The notes under the pieces are model-generated. The model was not told the DNA's origin. It ran no database searches and saw only the letters and a program-made list of their open reading frames with translations. A program made the position numbers and the translations under genes. From assembly GCF_000143415.4 (NCBI RefSeq), contig NW_003314266.1:766463-830462 (forward strand): a DNA stretch of 64,000 nucleotides, in the 5' to 3' direction. Source of the stretch: Selaginella moellendorffii (lineage: Eukaryota; Plantae; Lycopodiophyta). Each line of letters begins with the position of its first letter. The stretch's first letter is position 1. Positions 34,008 through 47,144 of the stretch are shown piece by piece.

Positions 34008-36922
34008 ATGAGTTTTAGTGCTATACAAATTTCTAGCGGCTTCTTCACGCAAGACAACAAGATCAAGTATTTTCACTCCGATAGACGCTCCAAGGCTCTG
34101 AATGTGGGCTCTTTCACCCAATTCTCAGCAGGTAGCTCTATTTTCTTGTGTGGCTTTTGTCGTCACAAGCTTGTTATTGTTTCAGGCCTTGTGCTGAGAG
34201 CTGGACGAGAAGTTCATGGTACTCTCAGCATTCAGTCCCATCTGTCAAGCAAAGAGGTGCCCAGGCTTTTCTTCCTCTGATCTGCTAGAGGTTTTTCCTT
34301 GATTGCAGAGCACTATCAAGAAGCTGTTTGCTGGCGTGAACGATGCTTCCGGCTTCTCAGCTTACGACATGGGATGGATTGCTCGAATACCTCATGCTCA
34401 TAACCCAGAACTTGGGCCCCAGTTTCCTCGGAGCTTGGAATGGATCGTTCACAACCAGTGCGAGGATGGGTCCTGGGATCAAGGAGAAGAAGATGTTCAA
34501 CGGGTTTGCAGCACACTATCGTGTGTCACTGCTCTGAAAACATGGAACCGAGGGGAGTGTAGCGTCCAAAGAGGTAAGCTCTTTCCTTTCTGGCATCCGT
34601 GAGAAAGAGAAACAGCGTTCTTCGTGCAGGTGTAAGCTTTTTAATGTCTCGGCTGCCACTAGTTCACAATAAACTTACAAAAGACATGAAAGCCATCTTG
34701 CATAGATTATTACAAGAGGGCAAGGCACTGGATTTGGAGCTGAATTATGACGAATCTTTTGTTCAATATATTCGAGAACAGGGTCAGGAATTTCTTCAGA
34801 GGTACTCTTGAGGTTCTTAAACAACAGTAACTTTTGTCATGATAATCAGGGTATCAAATGACGCGTTGGACCAGTATCCGACCTCTTTCGTGCATATGCT
34901 TGAAGCGTTTCATGACCGTCCAAAGTGGCAACATCTTCTCAGATATCAAAGTAGCAGTGGATCTTTATTCTCTGTCACACTGACGGCGTGCGCGTACATG
35001 CACACCGGAGACAGAAAGTGCCTTCGTTTCCTAAACGGTCTTCTTGAGGGCCCATTGACCAAACCAAACAAGAACTTGAGTCAGCTGCTGCGACTTGTAG
35101 ACTGGCTTGAGCATCTGGGAATCGAAAGGTTCTTTGAGAAAGACATCGAGCAAACATTGATTCAAGCTTTCAGGTAAACTTCTTGTCACTCGGAATGTTT
35201 AGCAACTTGTGAACAGATTTTGGAGGGGAAATGCCGCAGGTAGCGGAAGTCAACAACATCTAAAAAGCTTTGAAGATTCTGCTCTTTTGTTCCGGATTCT
35301 TCGTCGTCATGGCTACGAAGTCTCCCCAGGTAGAGTGAAGTGAAGATTTTTATATCATAGTCTCAGTAAAACAAGGATTTTCATGTGGCAGACGTGCTAC
35401 ATCAACGAACATTCTGCGAGACACGCGATTTAAAGGAGCTGTCTTTGGCATCACATTTTCTCTTTCCTAGTGAAAGCAGAAAGATGCTAGACTCGACTCC
35501 AATCATTGATGTCGCGAACCAAGAGGTTTGCCTTCACTACAGTCCGATGTGTTCTTTCGCAAATGTTTTCTTCACAGACGACGTTTCCATGGTATAGTAT
35601 ACCGCATCGGGTCCAGCACATTGAGTACATGACTAAATTTATGACAAGTATGGATTCCATAAGCATGAGGTATGCGACAGCTTCCCGTAAATTAGAAGAG
35701 GTTCCTAAAATTTCTATTCGAAATTTTCCAGTGAACGTGCTTCGTTACTGGCCTTCACAAAGTTCGACTTCAATGCTTGCCAGAAGATCTATCGGTCGGA
35801 TTTGCAGCGCGTTATGAGGTAGCTGTGTTCGATGTTTTTGCTTCTTTGCTATATAGCTTTTGAAACGCAGGTGGAACGAAGAGTGCGACTTCGGACGTCT
35901 GGGTTTTGCCCGACAGAAAGAAGTGTTATGTTTTTTTACCGCCGCTGCAACCATGTTCCAGCCGGAACTCTCGATGGCTCGCATTGTCTGGGCACAGATG
36001 AGTGTTCTTGCGACAGTCATTGACGACTTTATGGACACGCACGATTCTCTCGACAATTTGAGGAACTTTTGCACTGCCGTGAAAAGGTACTACACATCTA
36101 AAGACTTTTCAGTATGTATAGTTTTTGTATCTTGTGCTATCACACAGATGGGATCCGTCCGCCTTGGAGCTGAACGAAGCCGCTAGGATTATTTTTCAGG
36201 GATTGTTTAAGACGGTTACATGGACAGCCGAGTGTGCTTCCGCCGTACAAGGCAGAGATATGACGGCTAACTTACGAGCTCAAGTAGGTATCTCTTGGCA
36301 CCTCTAGAACACAGCCTTTCTAATTGGTTTTATCAGTGGGAAAGACTTTGCGATGCGTTTTTTCGCGAGGCAGAATGGAGGTTGACGAATCACTGTCCCA
36401 GCCTCGAGGAGTACATGGAAAACGGAATCACGTCCTTCGCGCTGGAACCCATCATCTTATCTGCAATCCTTTTCCTGGACGAGAAAGTTGAGTCGTCGGT
36501 TCTCGACCATCCGGACTGCATCAACATGTACGTGAGGGTCTCAACGATTGGGAGGCTGCTCAACGACATCCAAGGCTTTCACGTAAGCTTTCATCTTCTT
36601 ATTTTTGGATGTTTACCCGAGATCTTTCCCATTCCAGCGCGAGAGCAGCGGGGGGGAATTCTCGTGGATTGCGATCTACATGAAGGAACACCCGGGAACG
36701 AGTGTGGAGGACGCTGTGGTGGAGATAAGAAAGATTCTGAATGCGACGATGGAGGAGCTGGTTGAGGACGTGCTCCGGCCCAGAGCAGTGCCCAAGAGAT
36801 GCAAGCGCGTGTTTGAGAACATGATGAGAATTCTCAACTTTGTCTACCACAAGGGCGATGGATTCAGCACGGACGAGCTACGGGGCCACGTCAAGCAAGT
36901 TCTTCACGTGAAACTGGAATAA
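34008..36922 (+). CDS. Class I diterpene synthase, kaurene synthase-like (gamma-beta-alpha, TPS-e/f-like), 13 exons, ~750 aa (copy 1)
   Basis: SAYDMGWIARIP, QFPRSLEWIVHNQCEDGSW, LEHLGIERFFEKDI, FRILRRHGYEVSP, RQKE, VIDDFMD (DDxxD), RLLNDIQGFH/RE (NSE/DTE). No DxDD. Putative N-terminal transit peptide. GT-AG introns of ~45-65 nt. Confidence 0.93.
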
Positions 36923-36963
36923 TCTTTAACTGGCTGGACTAAGTAGAAACAATCATTTAAAGA

Positions 36964-37968
36964 TGTTAGAAATAATGTTTAAACTGTGCAATTATTTGGC
37001 AAATCCATGTTGAATCTGTGAGGTTGGGAGGAAGGCAAGGTTGCCCATCCATGGTGATTCCACCACGTATGGTGACGTATGGTGATGGGACGTAGGGAGT
37101 AGCGTCTTGACATCTGTGGCTCCCGGCGGGGGGGGGGAGAGTCGCATCCCCCAGCCTTCACACTGAAGTACCATATTGTGAGATGCTCTCCTGAACACTA
37201 GCTAACGACGGGACGGAACAAAGGTAAGTCTAACAGCTGAAGTGCCGTCTCGTACTTGTGAGACGAGCCTTTGGCAAAATGCTCAGTATGTTCAGCTTGG
37301 CTTGCGATAACTTGGCCCTGGGCACACTCCCCACTCTGGTATCTCCCTGTGGAGGGGGACCAGTTTGTCAAGCTCCTTAGACTGACCACATGTCACTCAA
37401 TGACACATGGATGCGACATGGCTACTTTAACTTCCCAATGGTTCGGCTACTTCCTTACGTGGTGGAGCACTGAGTTGGGACCATTATCCACTTCCTAGCC
37501 AGACTAGAGATTAGCCTTGATTTGACATACTAAGTGTTGAGCACCCAGCTCCATAAAGTGGCGCCTTGGCAGCTGTGGCCAAGGCTCACCCTCACACTTG
37601 CACTCGCCTGTGAATCCACTTAAGTGGTTGCCCATTTAGCCTTCTTTCACGTTGGGTCAGGATGACACCCAACCTACCTCACACTGTGAAGACTAAGTGG
37701 CCAGCCCAAGGCTGGGCAAACGCATCACATTGATTAGCCCAAGAGTCCTATGCAGGCAAAGACATTATTACACACTTAATGGGACTAACTGGTTGCCAAC
37801 ACCTAAGTGTAGAGGCTCCCTCTTGGGAAGGTGGACTTACCATGCCAACAAGCCTCAAACTTTCTTGTCTTGCCTTGGCATTTGGCATTCAACCTAGAGC
37901 TCCATCCCTAGCTTGGAAGAATCACGATGCTCCAAATCTAGGCAAGATTTGGACACGTGTATGTAACA
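36964..37968. mobile_element. Possible solo LTR inserted just after the TPS copy 1 stop codon
   Basis: ~1-kb GC-richer block bounded by TGTTA..TAACA, with a poly-G tract as in other LTRs here. No TSD and no second copy found. Confidence 0.35.
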
Positions 37969-39260
37969 ATATGTACAATCTCATTTTGCTTATCATTCAA
38001 TTCTATATATAATATAATAATTTGGTAGTCAAATCTTGAACCTGAATCATAATCAGTCCAGACAAAAACATGTGAAACCTGTTTAAGTGGTTTATCATGT
38101 TAAAATTATATGTTTAAATAAAGCTATATTTTCTTTTGTGTAAACCATTTAGACAAAATAAACACAAATTCTCATCAATTCGATCATAAAAAATCATATA
38201 GTAGAACTATAAAATCTATAATATTACAAAAGGATATTTTATAATAATAGAAATGATTTTTTTTCATAGATTATCTTAATGCAAATTGAGGTAGAATGTT
38301 AGACCTAATGAATATGCAAGGATGTAAGTTCTATTGGGAAAATAGATATAATACTTTATAAGATCTATAAATATATATACATATATACATGTATTACCAT
38401 TTTGGGTAATATGCTAAGTATAGTAGTATAGTATATGGACATTCTCCAAGGGTCAATTAACATATTTATTCCCATATCCTTCCAATGTCATGCTATCATC
38501 AATTAAGTATCATCTAACATTATTTATATAGTTTTATCCTCTTTAAATTGACTTTCCCCCCTCTTTTCTCCTCTTTCCTTTCCTTTCATTTCCTCTCCTC
38601 TCCTCCTTCCTCTGAGATATGATTACATGACTTTTTCTATTCTTAGTGTTTTACCATATTTTGTTGATATAGAGTATGATCATAATATCATTTGGAGAAT
38701 TATAAATGATCTAGTCTAGTTCTTGGAGGGTGTTCAAAAAATTGGGAAGACAATATTTACAAACTTGAATGAATTTTTACTAACAAGGAATTTGATTGTT
38801 TTAGAGATAGGTATGAAAAGAAATTCTCAACCTTTTCTTATTTTTCAGCCTTTGATATCTTCTGAAATTTTTAGTGTTTTTTCCTCATTTACAACATTTC
38901 CTTTTCTTGGCACATTGATTATTTGTGATTTTTATAATTTTTATTCTTAATCCAATATTGAGTTGAGTGTTTTCCATCTTCCTTGTATTAATTTAGATGT
39001 TGAGTACGTGTGTGAAGCATTCTTCCTCAATTTTTCTTACTTTTTCCTCTTTATCTTAACACTTCAAACTTTTTTTTTTCTTTAGAGGGGGTATAGGGGA
39101 CAGATAAGAGTCTTGCCTCGATGATGGAGTAAGGAAGTGGAGTGAGGACAAATGAATGATTTATGGGATGAGCATATTGAGTTTGAATGCAACATCTAAC
39201 CTCGACATAGTGAAGCCAACAAATATGATAGTGAAGTAAAGTTAAATATACAAAATGAGA

Positions 39261-41319
39261 CATAAAATGATTAAATTTTCTATTCTACTTTAGTCATTTA
39301 ATCACACCTTTGACTATTTGGAGGAGTTTAACTCATAACCTCCATAAGTCCTATTTTCAACTTAGGGACATATTAGCCCTCTAAATGACATTCACACCAT
39401 TTAGTCTTTGCATTTAGTCCAAGTGCTCCATATGTCCAATCCTATAATAAACATCCCAAAGGTACTATTGACATCTCAGCCTGTTATACTAAAGCCATAT
39501 CCATTTACCCTTGTCTCATTGGTAGTCCAAAACCACCTATACTATAGTCCTATCTTTAAAAAACTAAACCATCTATCCATGAGTGGTCATCCTATGACCA
39601 CATTTTAGCATCTTTAGGATGCTTGGAGATATAGGGAACATCTTTCCCCAATGTCTCTTCTTTAATCCCCACCAAGTCCCTCTTTATCTATGGTTATGCT
39701 TGTTAACACTGATATTGGGTTATAGCCTGAAGGCCCAACTGCTAAATCTTACTAACATCTGAGACTTTCTCACCATGTGACTGTATCCTTAATTAAACTA
39801 CATAAAAAGACTATTCCTCTTTCTTTCCATAATCCAAGACTTTAAGACAACATTTTGAAACATTGTAGCATTATATGAGCTTTGTGGGTACTCTCCCCAC
39901 CTTATGTCCTTAAGTGCTCTAGCCATGTTGTTAGAGCGAAGTTCCAATAAGCCAAACCAAGTATCCAAGTAGGTAATGCCACACATATTTGGATTGGGAT
40001 CATTGACTATTTGATTTCCTAGGGGAGCTATAGCCGGCTCTTGAGCACTTCACCAAACTATCCTATTGGGCTGTTTATGTTCACTTTAGCCTTGGATTTC
40101 TTGATGGTTATTGTAAGCAATTAAAAAGAACGACTCGAGAGACAATCCATAAGGGTTCACATATATAGAGAAAGGGCCCATGAACAAAAGTGCACCCCTT
40201 TTTCCAATCGGTTAAAGGTCTTGGGATAGTTGGGGTTAAGCGTCCTTGGGTTTGAATAGTACTAGGTTGGGTGACCTCCTGGGAAGTCCAAACTTAGAAA
40301 CTTACATTTGGTATCAGAGAGGTCAAATTGACATCTGGCAGGGAAGCTTACATTTGGTATCAGAGAGGTCAAATTGACATCTGGCAGGTTCAGTTTGCTC
40401 AGTTGGGGTAGGGTGTTAAGAGAGTGAGGCTCTCAGGAGAGCTACGGCTCTTAGTTTCCATTCACGAGGGCGTGAACTTGCAGGGAAGCGTGATGGATTG
40501 TAAACAATCAAAGGGAACGACTCGAGAGACAATCCATAAGGGTTCACATATAGAGGGAAAGGGCCCATGAACAAGAGTGCACTCCCTTTTCCAATCGGTT
40601 AAGGGTTTTGGGATAATCGGTTTTGGGTTTTGGGTTCTGGGTGACCTCCCGGGAAGTCCAAATTTAGGAGCTTACAATTATATCATTACTTATCATGTGG
40701 GTATAACTTTCCTGGCTTTTTTTGGCCAAATTGGTTCTATTGGAGTCTTGCCCTTACTATCTTTTTAAAGCTCACCAAACCTCTAGGGTTTAGAAGATGA
40801 TCATTTTGGGCTTTCATCCTTAGACTTGAACTTGGACTTAGACCCAGACTCGAACTCAATCTCAGACTCGGACTTGGTCTTAGACTTGGTTTTGGTTCTG
40901 ATCTCGGTCCTGGTCTCAATCCCTATCTTGGACTCCATCTTAAACTCTTTTTTAAACTCCATCTTGGACTCTTTCTTGGACTTCATCTCAGACTCCTTCT
41001 TGGATTCCATTTCAGACTTTTTCTTGGACTCTTTTTTGGACTCCTTCTCAAATTCTATCTCAGACTTGATTCTAACACTTCCATGTGTCATGACACTTAT
41101 CATGTGTCAATCCTTCTTGTGTCCCTTTCTAAAGATTCATTTGCCAATCATTTTTTCCTCATTCCTTAATCACATCATTTGGAGTTTCACTCTTGCTCTC
41201 ACCCTTTTGGGTTGGAACTTTTAGTCCCAATGTGTTATATTTGTTAGACTTTCATTTCAACCACTACCATATAGTACACTTTCGGCTCCATTTTTGGGCT
41301 TAAGGATTTGTATTTTATA
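39261..41319 (-). mobile_element. Old decayed solo LTR of family B (interrupted by Cassandra)
   Basis: Colinear with 9441-11158 with heavy C>T/G>A erosion, including the decayed minisatellite at 40826-41070. Ends approximate. Confidence 0.85.
40112..40676 (+). mobile_element. Complete Cassandra-like TRIM: LTRs 40112-40306 and 40499-40676, Met PBS, short internal region
   Basis: TG..CA LTR pair. PBS TGGTATCAGAG. TSD GTTAT/ATTAT. 40235-40289 matches the plant 5S rRNA internal control region (49/55 by eye versus the recalled angiosperm sequence). Confidence 0.92.
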
Positions 41320-42874
41320 TAAGGATGAATATAACAAGTCTACATAGAACCTTTTTATATATGTTTATTTGGAACATACTATTAGGTTTTTGGGAGCAAA
41401 TGGAAGTATGTAGGATGCTTCTTGATAATATAAAAAGATTTTGTTATATTATAATCGATACATTTTTATATATAACACACTATATGTAAATGTTGCAAAA
41501 ATTGGTATGTATGCTTGTCATATAAAGTCCATGCAAAACTATTGTCACGTAAAATCCACTCTATATACCACCTCCCATTCAACACTTGCCAAAGAGAGGC
41601 GACTATACCTCAGCTTATACGTAAATTGTTCCAGGTCATAGTAATGGTCCTCAACCTTTATGTTGGAGGAGTAAGTCATTGCTTTAGGAAGGCATGGCTC
41701 TGCATGCATCTACCAGTTGTGGTACTTGCCCATACTTGCAATGAAAGACCTGGATACAAACCCACTACTTGGTGCCAAGGAACTCCATGCCCATTGTGAA
41801 ATGATGAAGCCTGTGCAACTCTAGGGTAGTATCACCATCACTACAGCCTTGAAGAATGCCCTCACATGCCATGACCTCTGAAATGCAAACACATAACCAC
41901 TCCTCACTAGTAAAACACTCATCTCCACACTGAAAATCTGAGAGAGATTTATAAGAGGTCCAGCGAGTTTAAAACATATGTTAAAGTGTGAAGTCAAATA
42001 TCTCTTCTATAGTGTTGTGTGCAGTGTGTAGTGTAGTGGACATTGCATAGTGTAGAAAGCCTGCACACAAACCATTGGTGACCACCTTTGTGTCAATAAA
42101 GAGAATGCAATGCACAATGGCGAGCTCAAGGGTCTCTTGGTACTATACACCAACCTTCACCATTACAAACATCAATATCTATCCTTCTAGAGCTTCATTT
42201 CACATCACCAATCAAGGTGTGCTAGCCATTTGGATCACCTTCTGCTATAGTCCACATGGCATTCAGTGGCTCCCACACATGTGGGGCATAGAGGCAAAAA
42301 TCCTTCTCAAATGCCACCTACTACTGCGTATTGAAGTGGTGCATCCTTTCACTCGTTGCACACTATATGGAGCAATACAACTATCCATAGGCAGTAAAGT
42401 TGCATCTTCATTGTGAGGATCTAGAACATTAGTATTCCAACTATATAAACCTAAGCTAACATCACACCCCTTTCTGAAAAAAGTCTGTTGGTCTTTAGCA
42501 GTCACTAGAATAGGGTGCATAGCTGGTGGAACTGCTCCTGATCAACCTAGAGCCTCAAGTGGTATCTGGTGACCTTACACTCCTTCAGCCAGATGTAGTG
42601 GTAGCAGTGGACTTCATCACTCTTCGTATGCTTCCAGATTTTTTTGAAGGGATTTGTCGTTTGACACCTGGCAAAGTAGAAGCTCATGATGGTCCTACAT
42701 GAAGCTTCAGCTCTAAGACATGGAAAACATCATGTAGCTGTGAAGAGCTGGGAAATTGCAATTGGTAAGCAACTTCATTGACTTGAGCCAACATGTCAAA
42801 GGGTCCAAAGAACTTTGGATGCAACTTTTAATGAGCTGAAGCCTGATGTCCCAAAGTATGTTGCTCTGGACGGA

Positions 42875-44438
42875 ATGGAAGCCATCTTGCATAGACTACT
42901 ACAAGAGGGTAAATCACTGAACGTGGAGCTGAAATTATGATGAATCTTTTGTTCAGTCAAGAATTTCTTCTGAGGTAACTTCAAAGCTCTGGAGGTTCTT
43001 AAACACACGCGAATCCTCGCCAGCGAACGATAACCAGCGTAGCAAATGACGCGTTGGAGCAGTATCCGACTTCTTTTGTCCATGTACTTGAAGCGTTTCA
43101 TGACTGTCCAAAGTGGCAACATCTTCTCAGATATGAAATTAGCAGCGGATCTTTATTCCCTGTCACGCTGACAGCATGCGGTTAAGTCAGCTGCTGCTGT
43201 AGACTGGCTTTAGCATCTGGGATTCGAAAAACTTCTTTGTCACTCGGATAGTTCAGATAATGGAGAGAAAATGCAGTCAGAAACATCTAGAAATCTTTGA
43301 CTGCTCTTTTTGTTCCGGATTCTTCGTCATCATGGTTACAAAGTCTCTCCAGGTCGCCTAGAGTGAAGTTTTTTATACCATAGTATTAATAGGAAGACAT
43401 GTGGTAAACGTACTGCATCAGGAGTTATCTTTCGCATCACATTTTCTCTTTTCTACTGAAAGCAGAAAATGCTGGACTCGACTCCTTATTCTCGCAAACG
43501 AAGAGGTTTGCCTTTCCTATTCCGATGTTGTTTTGCTAACATTTTATTTACAGACGACGTTTCCATGGTATGAGGTACATATGCTATAACTTCCAGTGAA
43601 ACTTCCTATTAAAAATGTTCCAGTGAACGTACTGGCCATCACAAAGTCCGACTTCAATGCTTGCCAGAAGATATATCAGAAGGATTTGCAGCGCGTTATG
43701 AGGTAGCTGATATTTTGCCTCTCGCTTATCCAGCGTGTGAAACGCAGGTGGAACGAAGAGTGCGACTTTGAAAGACGTGTTTTGCTTTTGTACTGCTGCT
43801 GCAACCATGTTCCAGCCGGAACTATGGCTCGCACTGTCTGGGCACAGACGAGTGTTCTTACGACAGTCATTGACGACTTTATGGACACGCACCATACTCT
43901 CAACAATAATTTTAGCAGGCCATAGAATATTTTCGTCGTTCACAGTGCAAAAGTTTCCCAATGTGCCTGGTTTAGAAACACCGAAGATCATGGAATGACC
44001 CCGATGCGTTTTTTTGCGAGGTAGAATGGCCAGCCTCGAAGAGTACATGGAAAACGAAATCATGTCTTTCACGCTGGATCTTATCTGCTTTCTTTTTCCT
44101 GGTTGAGAAAGTTGAGTCGTTGGTTCTAGAAGATCCAGAATGTACCAGAGGACCTCCACGACTGGGAGGCTGCACAACGACATCCAAGGCTTTCATGTAA
44201 GGTTTTATCTTCTCGTTTTGGATGTTTAACCGAGCGAGATCTTTCACCAAGGAACAACAGGGAAGGACGCGGTGGTGGAGATGAGAAAGATTTTAATGGT
44301 CCAGAGTAGACTAGTGCCCAAGAGATGCCAGAGAACTTCATGAAAATTCTCAACTGTGTGTAAAGTAAAGGCGATGGATACAGCACGGACAAGCTACGAG
44401 GCCACGTCAAGAAAGTTCTTCATGCCAAATTAGAATAA
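42875..44438 (+). pseudogene. Diterpene synthase pseudogene (exons 1-3 missing, many deletions and frameshifts)
   Basis: Colinear with copies 1 and 2 from MEAILHRLLQEG through VLTTVIDDFMD to the terminal HVKKVLHAKLE*. Confidence 0.92.
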
Positions 44439-45397
44439 TTTATAATATTCTGTCACAAGCTTTAGAATTGCCAGTTCTGGGAGGAGACCACGGCCAGCTT
44501 GTCGCTAAAGAAGGGAACAACTTTGTGGTTTCTCATTACCTTTTCTATATACCAACTATCTCATGTTATATGATATTCCATTTTAAGAAATACAAGTAAA
44601 TAATCAATGAGATATTGTGAAGTTAACTTGTTGTTCTTTGATTATGATGCTAGATTGTCTACATTGATGTGTGTTTTATTATTCTTGCAAAGGTATCTAT
44701 TACAAAGAACAACCCATCTATTGTCAATGGTACAACCATTTTTATGAAAGTGCATTTGTTATTAAGTTGGTAGTAATAAGGATAACCATCAATACAATAA
44801 ATTATTTCAATATTAAATTCTTTTGGATAATTCTTAGAGCATTCATTTGTTACTTTTCATGCAAGGGCTTCTAAGATTTAAATTACCACATAGATTATAT
44901 AATATATGATTTATAATTATGTTATGCAATTTTGGTTCTAGCACTGGGTATAGCAATTGTGCAGTAACAAATTTGTTAACTAAGTCATAATTTTTTATTT
45001 TATCTTCACTTTATAACATTGTTAAGAAATGATAATGAGGCAAACCTCATTTTTGGAATTCAATAACATAAACATATGCAATGCACTCCCAAAACTTTCT
45101 TTGATACTTATATTATATAAGAATTCTTTAAGTTTTAAATTGAAAACTCTTGAAATAAGATCAAGTCAATCCTTAAGTGATTCATTTAGCTGTAAGTTTT
45201 GCCAATTTTAGACCATTTTGGATTGCATGTAAATGTAATGAATAAATTAGCTTTCCAAAATATGTGATAATAACAATATCATCTTGATAATGTTGCTATA
45301 TTCCTTATAGGCTATCATGAAATGTGAAAAGTAAATTCATAATTTTTCCAAGTTCAATATTATTAATAAGAACTCTATTGCTAACATAGTCCATAAA

Positions 45398-46714
45398 ACT
45401 TGTGTAGTAATCCATTTTTAAGTGTTTTTTTTATGTGAAAAAAAATTAAAAAATTGTTAAATTTAACCCTTTACATAAGCATCAACCATAAATTGTTGAG
45501 TGAGCTTATCAGGATGTAATAATTAAACATAAAGAAGAATTGCTAATGCTATCTTGTTGAGATAATCGATATATATAGTACTGAAGTAGTGTTATATGTG
45601 CATTTTTTCATGCTAACCTTTATCACCAAATGGTAAAAGTAAAGGATATAATTTTCATTAAAAATAGAAATTTTTTTCAGCTATATATGCATATTTCTCT
45701 GTTAAAAGATGTCTCTATATATATAAAGCAATAAGGGGGAGGCTCATTAGCCATTAGATTGCAGGCTTAGCGGGGGCTCAATTTGCATGGTCACGCTAAA
45801 AATTTTCCTTATGTTAGCCTTGGGCCAATGGGAGATCACTATAGCTTCAGGTGCTCATTGGCTTGAGTAAGGCAACATAGGCATTTGATATGTGTCATCA
45901 ATGTGTCTTGCCCCTAAAGCAATTCTGCCTGTTCTTTAGCTTGCCCTAGATGATCAAGCTAAAGCTTGCTTGTTGGATTAGTGACAATTGTGGCAATTAT
46001 GCTTCTTGTGGAGATCTGTGTCAATGTTTAGCCGGCAACTGCTAATTTAGCTGTCAACCATAACAATTTGGTTTTTTGTGTGTTGTGGACATTTGAGACT
46101 TGTTCATTTGGGTTTGTAGATGCCATCGAGTGGCAAAGCTAGAGCCAGCTTTCAACACAGCCAAAACCATCAAAAAGTTTGTAGTCCCTATTCTTCTACA
46201 AGAGAGAACAAGCTGAAGGTGAGTTCTCGAAGCCATAGCTTGCAAACCCCATCCACCTCTCACAGCTCAAACATCATTGTATTCTCTAAAACTTTAATGA
46301 GCTTCCCATTAAGCTCTTTGCCTTCTTCTTGCTTGAGCAAGTATTGAAACTAGCAATATAGCTTCTATCATCCACTACACAGTTGCCTCTTTCATCCTTT
46401 AACATGTTCAGAAAGTTGAGAGTCAGATCTTTCTGCCTATTCTCTACATTCAGAGTGTTCTAGGAGACAATCACAATTAGCTTAGGTTCTTGATCAGCAA
46501 ACCCAGCTCATTTGCACTTCTGTAGTGGTGGTGGTGGTCAAGATGCAATGAAAAGTATAGGAGACTTTTTGAGTGCTCACCACGGCCTAGAAAAGGTGTG
46601 TTAATTCTTTGTCTAAGTTTTGTTGTTTGCTAGATTAGCATTGGTGCAACTTCTTTTTTTTTACAGTTCAAGGTGTGCATAGTTTGTGCTCCTACCATGC
46701 AAAGATAGTTTTCA

Positions 46715-46747
<33 letters not shown>

Positions 46748-47144
46748 TTTTGTGAATTCTAGAATTGGCTTTTACTTAGATCTAAGCTTGGGAGCTAATG
46801 GCTAATGAGCCTCCCAGCCATCTCTTAACTGAGAAATATATATACATAGCTCAAAAATATTTTTATTTTTAATGAAACTTATGATCCTATAGTCTATCCT
46901 TTACTTTTACCATTTGGTGATAAAGGTTAGCATGAAAAAATGCACATTTAACACTACTTCAATACTATGTATATCAATTATCTCCACAAGATAGCATTAA
47001 CAATTCTTTTCTTTATGATCAATTGTTATGTCCTGATAAGCTCACTCAACAATTTATGGTTGATACTTATGTAAAGAGTGAATTTAACAATCTTTTTTTT
47101 TTTACACTCATCAAAAACACTTAAAAATGGATTACTACATAAGT
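45398..47144. mobile_element. Long-TIR (foldback / Pack-MULE-like) element: ~350-bp inverted repeats 45398-45757 and 46795-47144
   Basis: For example TGCATTTTTTCATGCTAACCTTTATCACCAAATGGTAAAAGTAAAGGATA and its reverse complement. The right arm abuts a family C LTR fragment (~47145-47295). No TSD identified. Confidence 0.75.
46720..46746. repeat. (TA)n microsatellite; others at ~47369-47388 and ~54083-54103
   Basis: Visible dinucleotide runs. Confidence 0.9.

Noticed and set aside
40235-40289. 5S rRNA gene
   Set aside because: Only ~55 nt of the internal promoter region, embedded in an LTR; the 5' half and terminator are absent.
41540-42870. Cys/His-rich decayed coding-like region replacing the 5' end of the TPS pseudogene
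   Set aside because: Could be a transposase remnant but I cannot assign a family by eye.
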